Origin: Lytechinus pictus | Taxonomy: Eukaryota | DNA length: 64,000 nucleotides | Reading direction: 5' to 3' | Assembly: GCF_037042905.1 (NCBI RefSeq) | Contig: NC_087252.1 | Coordinates: 26,290,001-26,354,000 of the forward strand | Shown: one piece after another, positions 1 to 12,400 of the stretch | How positions within the stretch are numbered: the first letter of the stretch is position 1 | How the letters are laid out: each line of letters opens with the position of its first letter | Translations under genes and position numbers: made by a program | The notes under the pieces: model-generated | Told to the model about the DNA's origin: nothing | What the model saw: only the letters and a program-made list of their open reading frames with translations | Databases searched by the model: none

Positions 1-308
1 CAATCATCCCAAAATGGGGAATAGTGATTATATTTTAACCACTTTCAATAGCATTTTCATTGACTGTGTGTTAAGTATAGATATATACATGTAGGGCAAA
101 TCTAATTCTATTTTCAGAATCAATGACATAGAAATCTAAAAATATAAGTCCAAAAATATAATGGGGGTTAGCACTTTGCTGGGGAAAGTAATTTGTGCTC
201 CTTTTTAAAAAATAAACCCCAATTAAATAAATGGTCAGTAAATTACATGGCCCATGAATCAAGTTCATAAAATTCAGGGAAAAATAAGGCGTGACTGTAT
301 GAACTTAC

Positions 309-449
309 TGTAAAAGATTACAGTGAGTGTGTTTGTGTATGATCCAATAACACAGGTATAGATGCCAGAGTCTCCCCTCTCCACCATTCGGATGTTGAGT
401 TGTGTTGCACTCGGTGATATCGCCCTAGAGTTGATGTGAGAAGCATCAC
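309..449 (-). CDS. Exon: Ig domain 9, C-half
   Basis: DASHINSRAISPSATQLNIRMVERGDSGIYTCVIGSYTNTLTVIFY; ends in a gtaag donor, so the gene continues past the window. Confidence 0.87.
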
Positions 450-3400
450 CTATAGAAGATTGAAAAATACTAGCATCAAATTATATTTCTTTAATTTCAT
501 TTTTGCTTAATAAATACAGACGAAACTGCCTTAGTTGAATTTCTTGAAACCACAGAAATCTGTTGGATTACTAGCACATTAAACCTGATCATTCAATACA
601 TATAAGTACCTTGTATAACCCCTTTTCCCTTTGGTTTAAGCCAGACTGGTCTCTGGAAACCTTGAGAGTTGTTTATCTCACAGAAGAGGTTTAGATCTGC
701 ACCCATGGGGTGTTACCGGAAGATTGTTTCCCTATCTCTGTGATATATCTTACCCTGTATAACACATTCTCCATTTGGTTTGAGCCAGACTGGTCTCTGG
801 AAACCTTGAGGGTTGTCTATCTCACAGAAGAGAATTAGATCTGCACCCATGGGATGTTACCCTAAGATTGTTACCCTATCTCTATGGTATCCCTAACCTT
901 GTATAACACATTCTCCAATGGGTTTGAACCAGACTGGTCTATGGAAACCTTGAGGGTTGTCTATCTCTCAGAATAGGTTAAAATCTGCACCCATGGGATG
1001 TTACCCTAAGAATGTTACTTTATATCTACATGATATTTCTAACCTTGTATAACACGTTCACCATTTCTTACCCTGTATAACACGTTCTCCATTAGGTTTG
1101 AGCCAGACTGGTCTCTGGAAACCTTGAGGGTTGTCTATCTCACAGATGAGCTGGAGATCTGTACCAACGGGAGGAAGCCTGGGAACATGTGGAGTGATGC
1201 TGATCTGGATACCTTCATCAACGTACCCTGTAATTGCAAGAAAAAACAACAAATAAACATTATCAAAACGGTTGTGGCCCAGTGGATTAGTCCCCGGACT
1301 TTGAAACAGAGGGTCGTGGGTTCGAATCCCAGCCATGGCGTAATTTCCTTCAGCAAGAAACTGATCCACAATGTGCTGCACTCAACCCAGGTGAGGTAAA
1401 TGGGTACCGGTAGGAAGTAATTCCTTAAGAAGCTGTGTGCGCTTTGAACGCCTAGCTTAGCCGGGTAATAAAGGAGCACCTTGAGCACCTAACAAGGTGG
1501 ATATGTGCGCAATATAAATACCCTATATTATTATTATTATTATTATTATTTCCGAAGTTGAATATGTTCTCTGTTTAAGATAAGTGATGTTTTCTGCTAA
1601 AAGATACATCAAAAATAAGTCATATTTCTCTTTTTAGTTCCATCATATCTAAGTATTTGAATTGAGTGGTAAGGTTTTGTTGCTTGTTTTGTTGTGTGCT
1701 GTTTGGGATCTGGAAATTTCAAGGTCTAGTGGTTGTTACTCTTGCCTTTCAATCAGAGGGTCCTGGATTTGAATCCCAGCCATGGCATTTACTTCCATCA
1801 GCACAAATTTTATCTACATTGTGTTGCTCTTGATCCAAGTGAGGTAAATGAACACCTGGCAAGAATATTGATTCCTGTAAATACTTATGCATCAGGGGAT
1901 CGTTTCATCAACATTTTTGTCTGACAAGTTGTCAGATCTGACAACTTTCCTTGATTCAGACTGGCTGTTACTATGGTATTTGTAAGATAAAACAGGATTT
2001 GTCAGAGAAAACGTCCGACAAATCCTTCATGGAACACTCTGCTGGATGATGCCAGGGGAGTCTTTCATGAAAGGACTTGTCGGACGTTTTATCCGACAAG
2101 TCCTGTTTTATCCGACAGTTACCATAGTAGCAGTGCCTCACAGCCAATCAAGGAAAGATGTCAGATCTGACAACTTGTCGGACAAAAATCTTGATGAAAC
2201 GCTCCCCTGGACTACAGCCAGGGTAATATTGAAAATAATCATCACAGGCAATCTCCAGAGTATACACATATATGTTGGGCATGTGGATTTGATTTTGTAC
2301 TTAGTACCGGTCAAGAATTTTTTGTGGTAGAAGGTTCCGCTGGGCACCAACAGCTATAATGGAAACACGGATGAGGAAATACTCTTAAAGGACAAGTCCA
2401 CCCCAAAAAAAACTTGACTCAAATAAAAAGAGAAAAATTCAACAAGCATAACACTGAAAATTTCATCAAAATCGGATGTAAAATAAGAAAGTTATGACAT
2501 TTTGAAGTTTCGCTTCATTTCACAAAAGAGTTATATGCACATCCGGTCGGTATGCAAATGAGGGAACTGATGACATCACTCACTCACTATTTCTTTTGTA
2601 TTTTATTATATGAATTATGAAATATTTTGATTTTCTCGTCATTGTCATGTGAAATGAAGTTTCATTCCTCCCTGAATACGTGGAATTCCATTATTTTAAC
2701 ATTTTGTGGTTCAGGCAAGGCGGTCCTAATCATCAAATTCGTAAGAATTGAAATATTGTATAATTCAAACAACAAAAAAACAAAAGAAATAGTGAGTGAG
2801 TGACATCATCGACTCTCTAAGTTGGATGTAACTGGCTCGTTCATTTAACTATTTTGTTAAAAATAAGCGAAACTTTGAAATGTCATAACTTTCTTATTTT
2901 ACGTCCGATTTTGATGAAATTTTCAGCATTGTGCTTGTCTGATTTTTCTCTATTGATTCAAATCAACATTTTGTTGGGGTGGACTTGACCTTTAAACGTA
3001 ATAACTTACTCCTGTTTTGGCAGAATGAGCCATCAAATTCTGGTTGACAGATGCACTGGCCATTGCTACAGGTTCCTCCATTGGCACAAGGGAAATCGCA
3101 TTCGGTAACTGCAAGAAATGAATTTGAAAAGCTGGCAATTTGAAAACATCCACAATATTTATGTGAAAGGCATTTAAGCATAATCTAACTGTATACTATG
3201 GTTTATAATAGGTACCAGCATATAGTAGTGCAGTGATAGACTGCCTGACTCATCACAAATTTTAATACATGCCCAAGTCATCATCAACATCTAAAAAAAT
3301 GGTAACTTGTGCCATCTAGCTCGGCCCTCAAAATTTAAATTTGAGAAAAATGAATTTGCAGGATGTTAGGCTAGTACATGTAGAGCGGTTTCATAACAGA

Positions 3401-6400
3401 AGTGGTTACTCTGTGTAAATAACACATTATTATTACTCATTTTTGTACTCCATTTTATATCCAAGCAAAGACTTCGTCTTGATTATCCAAGCAATACACA
3501 AACATATACCATAGAAAAGTGACATCAAATTATTCAGGAGAAAATACTCTTCATGGCATATCTAATAGGTATACAGTCATGACAAGAACTTCCATTAAAT
3601 TTGTAATGTTTGATGTTTAAAGATTTTTTTACTCATGCTATAAAGAGGAAGGTTAGGAGTACTTACTCTGGAACTCGCAAGCCAATCCTCCAAATCCTTC
3701 AGTGCACATACACATGCCCATACTGCATAGACCGTTATTCTCACATCTTGGGACACACTCAGCTTCTAAAAAAAAATAATAATAATAATATATAGATATG
3801 TAAGTGATAAATCAATTTCTTCAATGTGTGACATGCACACTTTATTGTTATTTTATCACAATTACTCTCAATACTTACATAAATGTATACTGTGGTTTTC
3901 CTATTCGGCTCAAGGTGCTCACTATAAATTGTGAAAAATTATGCAATCTTTAACTGCAAACTGTACAAAATCTGATTTTTATGCTTTTCTGATAAACTGG
4001 TGAATACTGTCAAATTTTTAGTAGACAGTCATCCCAGTAAACTGCAGCTAACATATTGAACGATCAACACCATATAAGACTATTTTGTTGCTGTATACTT
4101 CACACAGAATGAATGAAAGCAAAGGATACTTATCAGTATACAAATTACCACAAATGAAACTTTACAACAGCTGTATGGCTTGAAAGAAAAAGCAAGAAAA
4201 TATAAAATTAAAAGAAAACTGATACAATCAAGACTGAATTAATTTATGCATATATGTACATACAAAGAATGATTTTAAAAAATGTTCTGCATTGGTTGTG
4301 GTTGTAAACAAATATTTAAAAAACAGTAATGAAAATAAAAACTGTGGAGATGAAAAATAATACAAAATTAAACAATTATATATTTATCTGTAAACTGGTC
4401 ATATATAAATATACAATGTATTAAGCCCAATATAAAAGTGGAATATGAACATTATTGCATTGCAGGTCGGTCTTTACCCCTTATAGTGATGTCAAACTCA
4501 TTGTCATATTCTCCAACTGTACACGTGTAGATGCCAGAGTCTGTCTCTATAATGTTGTTTATGACCAATGTTGTTGTCATCGCTGATTCCTCCTCAACAC
4601 TCAAGTGTCTGCTGCCACCTAAAAAAATAAAAAAATAAATAAAAATTATATGTTTTTTATTTCATTCTTTTAGGATAAGTAGAAAATTGTTTCATTGTGA
4701 ACAAAAAGAACGCTGCCTATTCTATTATTAGACAAAAGAATGTAATATTGGGATAGGGGGTTATTTGCAGCCTCCTTTATCACCATATTTTCCTCAAATA
4801 GGCAAAAGCTTTATTTTCTTCTCTTGCTGCATTTTCCTATACATATATATTTTGAATTTAGCATTTTTACCATGTTTCTGATTTAAGGATTTAAAGATAA
4901 GTTGATTTCAACATTGTGAACATTGAACTAATGGTATGATGACATTGAGATTGATACATATTTTTTACCATTTGTTACATAACTATGTACACTGTTTGAT
5001 TTGTATATACACATTTTTATGGTTGAATAAAACTGAATTGAATTGAATTGAACTGTCAATGCTCAATTCTTTGATCTTTTATCCACTTCATGCTATCGTT
5101 TTATGACTCAACATGAAAAAAATCTTCCAAAAGCACAAAATCTGGCCAATCTATCCTAAACAGAGTAATATATCTGAAATATCAAATTAGCAAGAATGCT
5201 GTAAACTCTGTTTACCCTGGTCAAGCCTCCTGATTAGTTCTCCGCCAGGGTTTATCCAAGTCGGTTGCTGGTTTCCTGCCTCACCAATGTAAGTACATGC
5301 GAGCCTCACATTGTCACCAACACTCGGAGGTTCAAAGGTCACCGTATTGATGGTAATCTCAAAGTTATTCCCAACTATTGACAAAAAAAACAATAGTATA
5401 TGGTAATTCATAAATGAGTAATTCTATTAAAACTTGAATGTATATGTAAGTTAGAAATGCACATGTCTATTTATAAAGGATAAACAGAAAAGGTCTGTCA
5501 ATTTGGTAATAATTTTTTTTCTTGGTAAAAACTGCCTTGATGTTGATAATATACATGTACACATACCTATTGATAAAATATGAATTCAAAGATTTATACT
5601 TCATAATATATAAACAAATTCTATCATCTTTTATGTCATTAAATATGACATCATAATAAATAGCATGCTAATATTCATACATATGGTTGTCATAAATAAA
5701 AATAAAATGTGTTTCCAACATTGCAAAACTAACCTCTTGTTTGGCAGTATTCTCCTGTGAAGAATGTCGCACAATGGCAACGCCCATCGTAGCAATGTCC
5801 ATTATTCTGACAGGGGAGGTTGCAGGGCTGAGGGACTATATCAAGTGAAAAATAGTCAAGAGAGAGAGAGAGAAAATAAGGGGAATGATTAAATAACATC
5901 TCACTATTTCTGTTCATGAGTACAACATGACAAATCCTGTAAAGAGGGATGTGGTGTTACCCGGGGGGGGGGGGGGGCACTTGCATTGAAAAGTGGATAC
6001 CATGCGCAACCAAAAAATCACGTAAAAGTATGTCTTTTTCAAGACAGGGCACGTTACGTACGTAACGTAATAAGAGTATCAATCCAATTTGCTAGGAAAA
6101 CTATGTGTTTAGGGTCAAATTTGCGAGGGTATAAAAAAGACTAAAATGTTTTATAAAGGATTACTTTTTGCCCCAACAGTAAACACTACGTGTTTAGAGT
6201 CCGATTTCATGAAACAAATAATCAGTGATTTCCACTTACATCTGTTACAAGCTACAGAAATCCTTTGATCTAATTGGTTCAAAACAAATTAGCCAGTGAA
6301 AATTACTATTTACTTCATGAAACACTCCCCCATTAACATAGATGTTAACATTTCATGCAATTACCTTCTTCCTGGCAGATAATTCCAAGGTACTGCTCAG

Positions 6401-9400
6401 TACAGATACACACGCCCTCCACACAAGTGCCTCCATTAAGACAGGATGGTACACATTCATTATCTATAGAGGATATCAACAATACAATAATGTCATATGC
6501 TCCGTCCCTCGGATAGGACATTAAATGGAGGCCTCGTGCAGAGGAGAGTCACCACCTTTGCACGTTAAGAACCCACTGAACTATTCGAATAAGAGTAGGG
6601 GAAACCCCGGTGTAGTGGTCCACCTGCATTCCCCCAATAAGTTATATCGGGAGGAGTGACTTGCTGGTCACAGTTCTGTGTGCGCGACCTTCTAGGCGAC
6701 CCAGATTGGCTGGCTCCTCCAAAAATGCGCCTTTGAATGTCTTTGACAGAAATATGGTGCTATACAAATGCTGTGCATCATCATCGTCATCATCATGTGC
6801 ACTAGTCTGCACTTCAAAAGAGTTATCAGCCATCTTGCATATCATATCCCCATTTTTCTTGAAGTTTATTCCCTCCACGCAGGTGCCTCTATTGAGACAG
6901 AAAGGTACACATTCATTATCAATAGTAGATATCAACAATACAACAATGTTATATGCACTAGTTTGCAATTCAATAGAGTTATAAGCCATTTTGCACATCA
7001 AATCCCCATTTTTCTTGAAATTTGTTTTTACTTCATGACTTACTCAAGTCATGATGTTTAAGAATATTAAACCTTTCATTTGACTCACAACACAAGTGTG
7101 AATAATTTCAGGAAGGTCTCACATATAGGGGTTGGATGTGCGTACTCTAGAGAAAAATTGCTACTATAACTACTCTAATTATAACGATAATGATAATACT
7201 TATAAGAACAAAACTGGTAATAATGATAATTGCAATAACTGTAATAGACAAGATTATAATATCAATAATAATGATGGTAGCCCCCATCGCAATATTATAT
7301 TTTCGAATTCTCAAACCATTGGCGACATTGATTAATTTACAGAAACTTCATCAATTACTTAATTAATTCACATGAAGTAGACACATTAATAAAACCAGCA
7401 AAGGAAAACTTATTTCAAGAAGCAATATCTACTTTCATAAAATATAAATCATTAGCATTATTACTCAGCTAATCTACAATTTCCTTTTTTTTTTAACCTG
7501 ATGGTCAAAATGGTATATTTTTTCACAAAATACAAAAGATAGAAAGATTGAAAACAGGTATTCCACAGAATATACTTACATTCTATTGTAATGGTGATAG
7601 TCTGTGTACTCATGTCAACCTCACATGTATACAGGCCTTCATCCGACGCCTGGATTCCTCTGATATGAAGGGCTGTGGAACCTGGTCCTACAAACTCAGT
7701 GAAGACGTGGCTTGAAGCACCTGGGGTCATTTCACAAAGAGCTATATGTGATTACATGCTTAAATGCCAACAGACACATGATATTTCACACATAATCTCA
7801 GTGAAGAATATAAAGAAGAGGACTTCTCATAGGTGATATCTAACCAATGGGGTCATGGGTTTTTTTCTTTTGTGAAACACCCCCGGAAGTAATAAAATGA
7901 CTGTATATAGATCAGGGGGGTGTTTCACAAAGATTTAAGTATGACTTAAATCGCACTTAAATGGCGACGCGTATCTGAAATGCAATGCGCAATCTAATTA
8001 AGATTAAGCAGTAGTACACGTCCTCTTCGCATGATCTGACCAATGCGATCATGCCTTTTATACCGCACGCAACTAGGCATTTAGGTGCAACTCTAAGTCA
8101 TACTTAAATCTTTGTGAAACACCCCCAGGACTATGTAAATGGAGATTCATTCACTGGGGATATAGAGCCTAACTAAATCTTTTTCCCTCGTTATTTCATA
8201 TGAATAAAAATGCTATGCTAATGTCTGTTTCTTTTGTTGCACATTAGTTTGAATATTTCCCATTTGAATTTCTTCATACATTATTTACTTGTATATTCTT
8301 TTAAAATGGAACATACATAAAATGAATAAAAAATGCTATATATAATTTTCTATCTCCAATCTCTGAGAAAATTAAGCACTATTGCAAAATAGCACGAAGA
8401 GACAGATGATAGATGTACAATATTTACTGTTTACATCACAGCCCTGCAATAAATTCAACATGATCAAGAAGACCATGTCAACAAGAAGACAATATCAGGA
8501 TCTTACTATTACATCATACCTGCTGCAAGAGAAGGAACGATGTTTCCATCAGGTCCAATCCAAGCTGGCTGAGGATAAGACAATCTATCTGACAGGACTT
8601 CACACATAATCATGAGCTCATCACCAATCAGCGGCCTCCGATCAAAGTCTGTGGTGATGGTTATGTTGTACTCTGTGGCAACTGCATCAAGAAAATTGAC
8701 AAGGGTAAGAATTTTACATTAGTTAAAATGTTTAGGTTCAGATACTGCAGTACAGTACTATAAAGTTTGAATTAGCACATTACACTGAGTAGCATCCAAA
8801 ATGTCATGCATTTTGTTATTGTTTACCACATTGATTCACAGGGAGGGGCATATTCCCAAAATAACTTTTTTTTCATGAAGCAGAGATTTAGTTTTGACGA
8901 TGTTCTTGCTCAACTTATAAGTGGAACATATATAATTGCTAAAAGAATAATTATTAGATTAAAATAAGCTTTTTATAAGAAATCTATTGTACAATGTTAA
9001 GCCTAAACAAAATTATTATCTCCCAGATTTTGAAGAAATAGTCTGATCTGCATTTTCATCCATCCATGGCTAAACTTCGCTAGTGAAGATTGGGACGATA
9101 ATTGTTCATGAGATTCAAGATCTCTGATGACTAAAAAGTATAAATCTCATTTTCAAGAAAGAGTATGATCTGCATTTTCATCTATTCATGGCTGAACTTC
9201 GCTTGTGAAGATTGGGACGATAATTTCTCATGAGATACAAGATATCTGATGACTAAAAAGTATACGTCTTGAGAGACATACAATATTGTATGTTGCCTGC
9301 ATGCAAGATCTGAACAGCGGCTACCTCTCCTAAGAAGGTGACCCCAAAGGTGGTAAGGATGAGTTACCCTTGACAAGGGGCCCTTGCTGTGTACTGACAG

Positions 9401-12400
9401 CCAGAGCCAGCCAAGCCCTGGACTCGTGTCGTCAGAGTCAGAGGGTTTGTCACGCCCTGAAGTAGTAGACAAGTCAACTACACACTACCCAACTGATCTG
9501 CATAAACATTATGCAATATTGCAGATGTATGAAATGCTTCAACTTACTTCTGCTTTCACAGTGTTGTCCTGTAAACCCTGGGAAACAGTAGCAGATGCTC
9601 CTGTCACACGTCCCTCCGTTGAGACAGAAAGGAAGGTAACAGACCTCTTGACCAACTACAGGTGTAAAACACATAAAGGATGACTATAAAGCAATGGGTG
9701 ATTTCAAGTTCAGTGTTCACCTATTGGTGTTGGTGTTAAATCCATTTTTACATGTGCATAGCACCAAACATAAAATGATAAGTAAAAGGAATAAGTATGA
9801 CTAAGTATTGAGCCATAGGTATTGTGACCTGTTTAATTTTTGTAAACTCAGAATAGATTTTGGAGGTAGGAGACGCATGCCGAATTGTGCTTCCAACACC
9901 AACACCGGACTTGAAATCACCCAATGGCTCATAACAAAGCTTAGCTACTGATTGCATGGTTGATTTGAAAGGTTGACTGCACATGATGGCTAACGTTATT
10001 ATGCACACAAAATTAACTCTACAGTCACGCACTAAGCTACATGTACATGTATTCGCTAAGGGGCCTGGAACTCAAGTTTTAGAAAATGCGTTTTCAAGAT
10101 CTCTTCATGCTATTGAGGATAACAATAATAGTAATAATAAAAATAAATAATGATAATAAAAATAAGATTTTTAATGAAAATAATGATAAAATAACAATAA
10201 TAATAATAAAACATTATATAACAATTTTTGCTAACACAAATGCTGAAAAGCGCAAAAGTACACTAATAATAACCAGCAACAAATATTTTTGCGCAAACAG
10301 TAATAATGGCCGTGAAGTAAACTTAACTTAATCATCGTTTCTTTTTTTCAAGTTTGCCCACAATAACATGTATATTCATACAAATTGAATATATAATGAA
10401 GAATCTGAATCGACAGTATTAGCTACCTCTTATCTCGCAGATCTCCCCATCATAGCCATACTGGCACAGGCATTCACCTCCAATACATGTTCCTCCATTC
10501 AAGCAAGCTGGATAACAGCCTTCATCTATTATAAAGAGACATTCGAAAAAAAATGATGAATATAGAAATTAGAGAATTGCATAACTTTAAATATTATGGT
10601 ACATTATAGAATGTGTTACTCATATAACAGATACTGACATTCATTTTAGAAATTTCTTTGAACTATCAATAAAATTGTTTGGCAAACTAAATACACCATT
10701 CAATGATAGTAGTAGTAGTAGTAGAAGTATTACATGTTGTAGGGGTGCTGGTACAAGGGCCTGGAACCAGTAAAAGTCAAGGGAATGGTCATAGATGTGA
10801 AAGATGACAAGTAAAATTTACCAATAAATGTGATATCGAGGGTGGCAGCGAAAGGTCTGGGTTTACATATTTAGTTGTAGTTGTAGCTGAAGTATTACTA
10901 GCAGTAGAAGTATTCATAGTAGTAGTAATTATTATAATACATGTAGTAATAGGAAGCTATTCTGACATTACCAATCAATGTGATATTGAGGGTAGCAGAA
11001 AGAGGCCTTGCTCTACAGGTATATATTCCTTGATCCGACTCAGTGGCACCAAGAATGATCAGTCTGGTAGCAGACAAGGAGATGCTCTCAGAGTATACAC
11101 GACTTACTCCTAGAGAAAAACAGGATCATTTTGATAAATTAAAGAGAGTGTTAGGAAGTCAGGACTAAGATACACACACGTATATTCGCTTAAGCACAAG
11201 AATGACACTGGACCACTAATATTAGCATATCCATCACCCAAATTACTACATATATCAACTTCATAACACCAAACACCATAAGCTATATCACTACCCTCTC
11301 CATAACAATTAACACCATTCATACTGATACTAACACAGATCAATATCGACACCATAAAAGCCAATATCAACATTAATACCATCAACTTCATCAACAACGT
11401 CAAGCATTATCAAGCCAATATCACATTCATCAAAACTGCCACCAGCATCTCATGCACTACACCACCAAAATTAAAACTCACATCATTATCACCATCAAAA
11501 CCAACACAAGCACAGCATCATGAACACCAACATCAACACCAACACCAGAGCCACACCTAACATCATCACCAACAATACATATCTAAAATTACCAAAAGCT
11601 TCAATTTAAAACATCAAAATGGAATCCAATATGATACAAATAGTTCCGCTGAGGTGTAGAAAGCCCAATAGATATCAAACTAATACCATTATTTATAAGC
11701 CCCACCATCAACACCACCATAAGCACCACACCACACAACAATAAGGTCCAACGCAAATAAATCTGCTTCCTCACCCGTTCCAATTGTTCGTGAAATAATA
11801 GGGCTACCATCGGGATGATACCAGATAGGGGATGTAGAAGTGTCAGCATCAACATCAACACCAACACCAGAACCACACCTAACATCATCACCAACAATAC
11901 ATATCTAAAATTACCAAAAGCTTCAATTTAAAACATCAAAATGGAATCCAATATGATACAAATAGTTCCGCTGAGGTGTAAAAAGCCCAATAGATATCAA
12001 ACTAATACCATTATTTATAAGCCCCACCATCAACACCACCATAAGCACCACACCACACAACAATAAGGTCCAACGCAAATAAATCTGCTTCCTCACCCGT
12101 TCCAATTGTTCGTGAAATAATAGGGCTACCATCGGGATGATACCAGATAGGGGATGTAGAAGTGTCAGGTTGAGACATTTCGCAGATGAAGATAAGGTCT
12201 GCTCCTGGGGTGGGTGGCACGGTGAAATTTGATGTAATAATCACGTTGAACCTCGGTCCAGCTGAATAAAAAAATAATTAAAGATGATAAAAATCGATAG
12301 TCTAAATACTAAATAGCACTCAACTCTATAGTTTCAAAGTCAATGATCACATTGATAGAGCTGCCAACATGAACTACATGTAGAACATTTCAGCATTCTC

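Noticed and set aside
1270..1345. tRNA gene-like sequence (also 18198-18270 and 47680-47750)
   Set aside because: These look like SINE heads: most run into SINE core and tail, and none forms a clean cloverleaf with a terminator.
5960..6210. CCCGGGGG-ended DNA transposon fragment (also short ends near 19025 and 50085)
   Set aside because: No reliable matching second end or TSD, so it was not classified.
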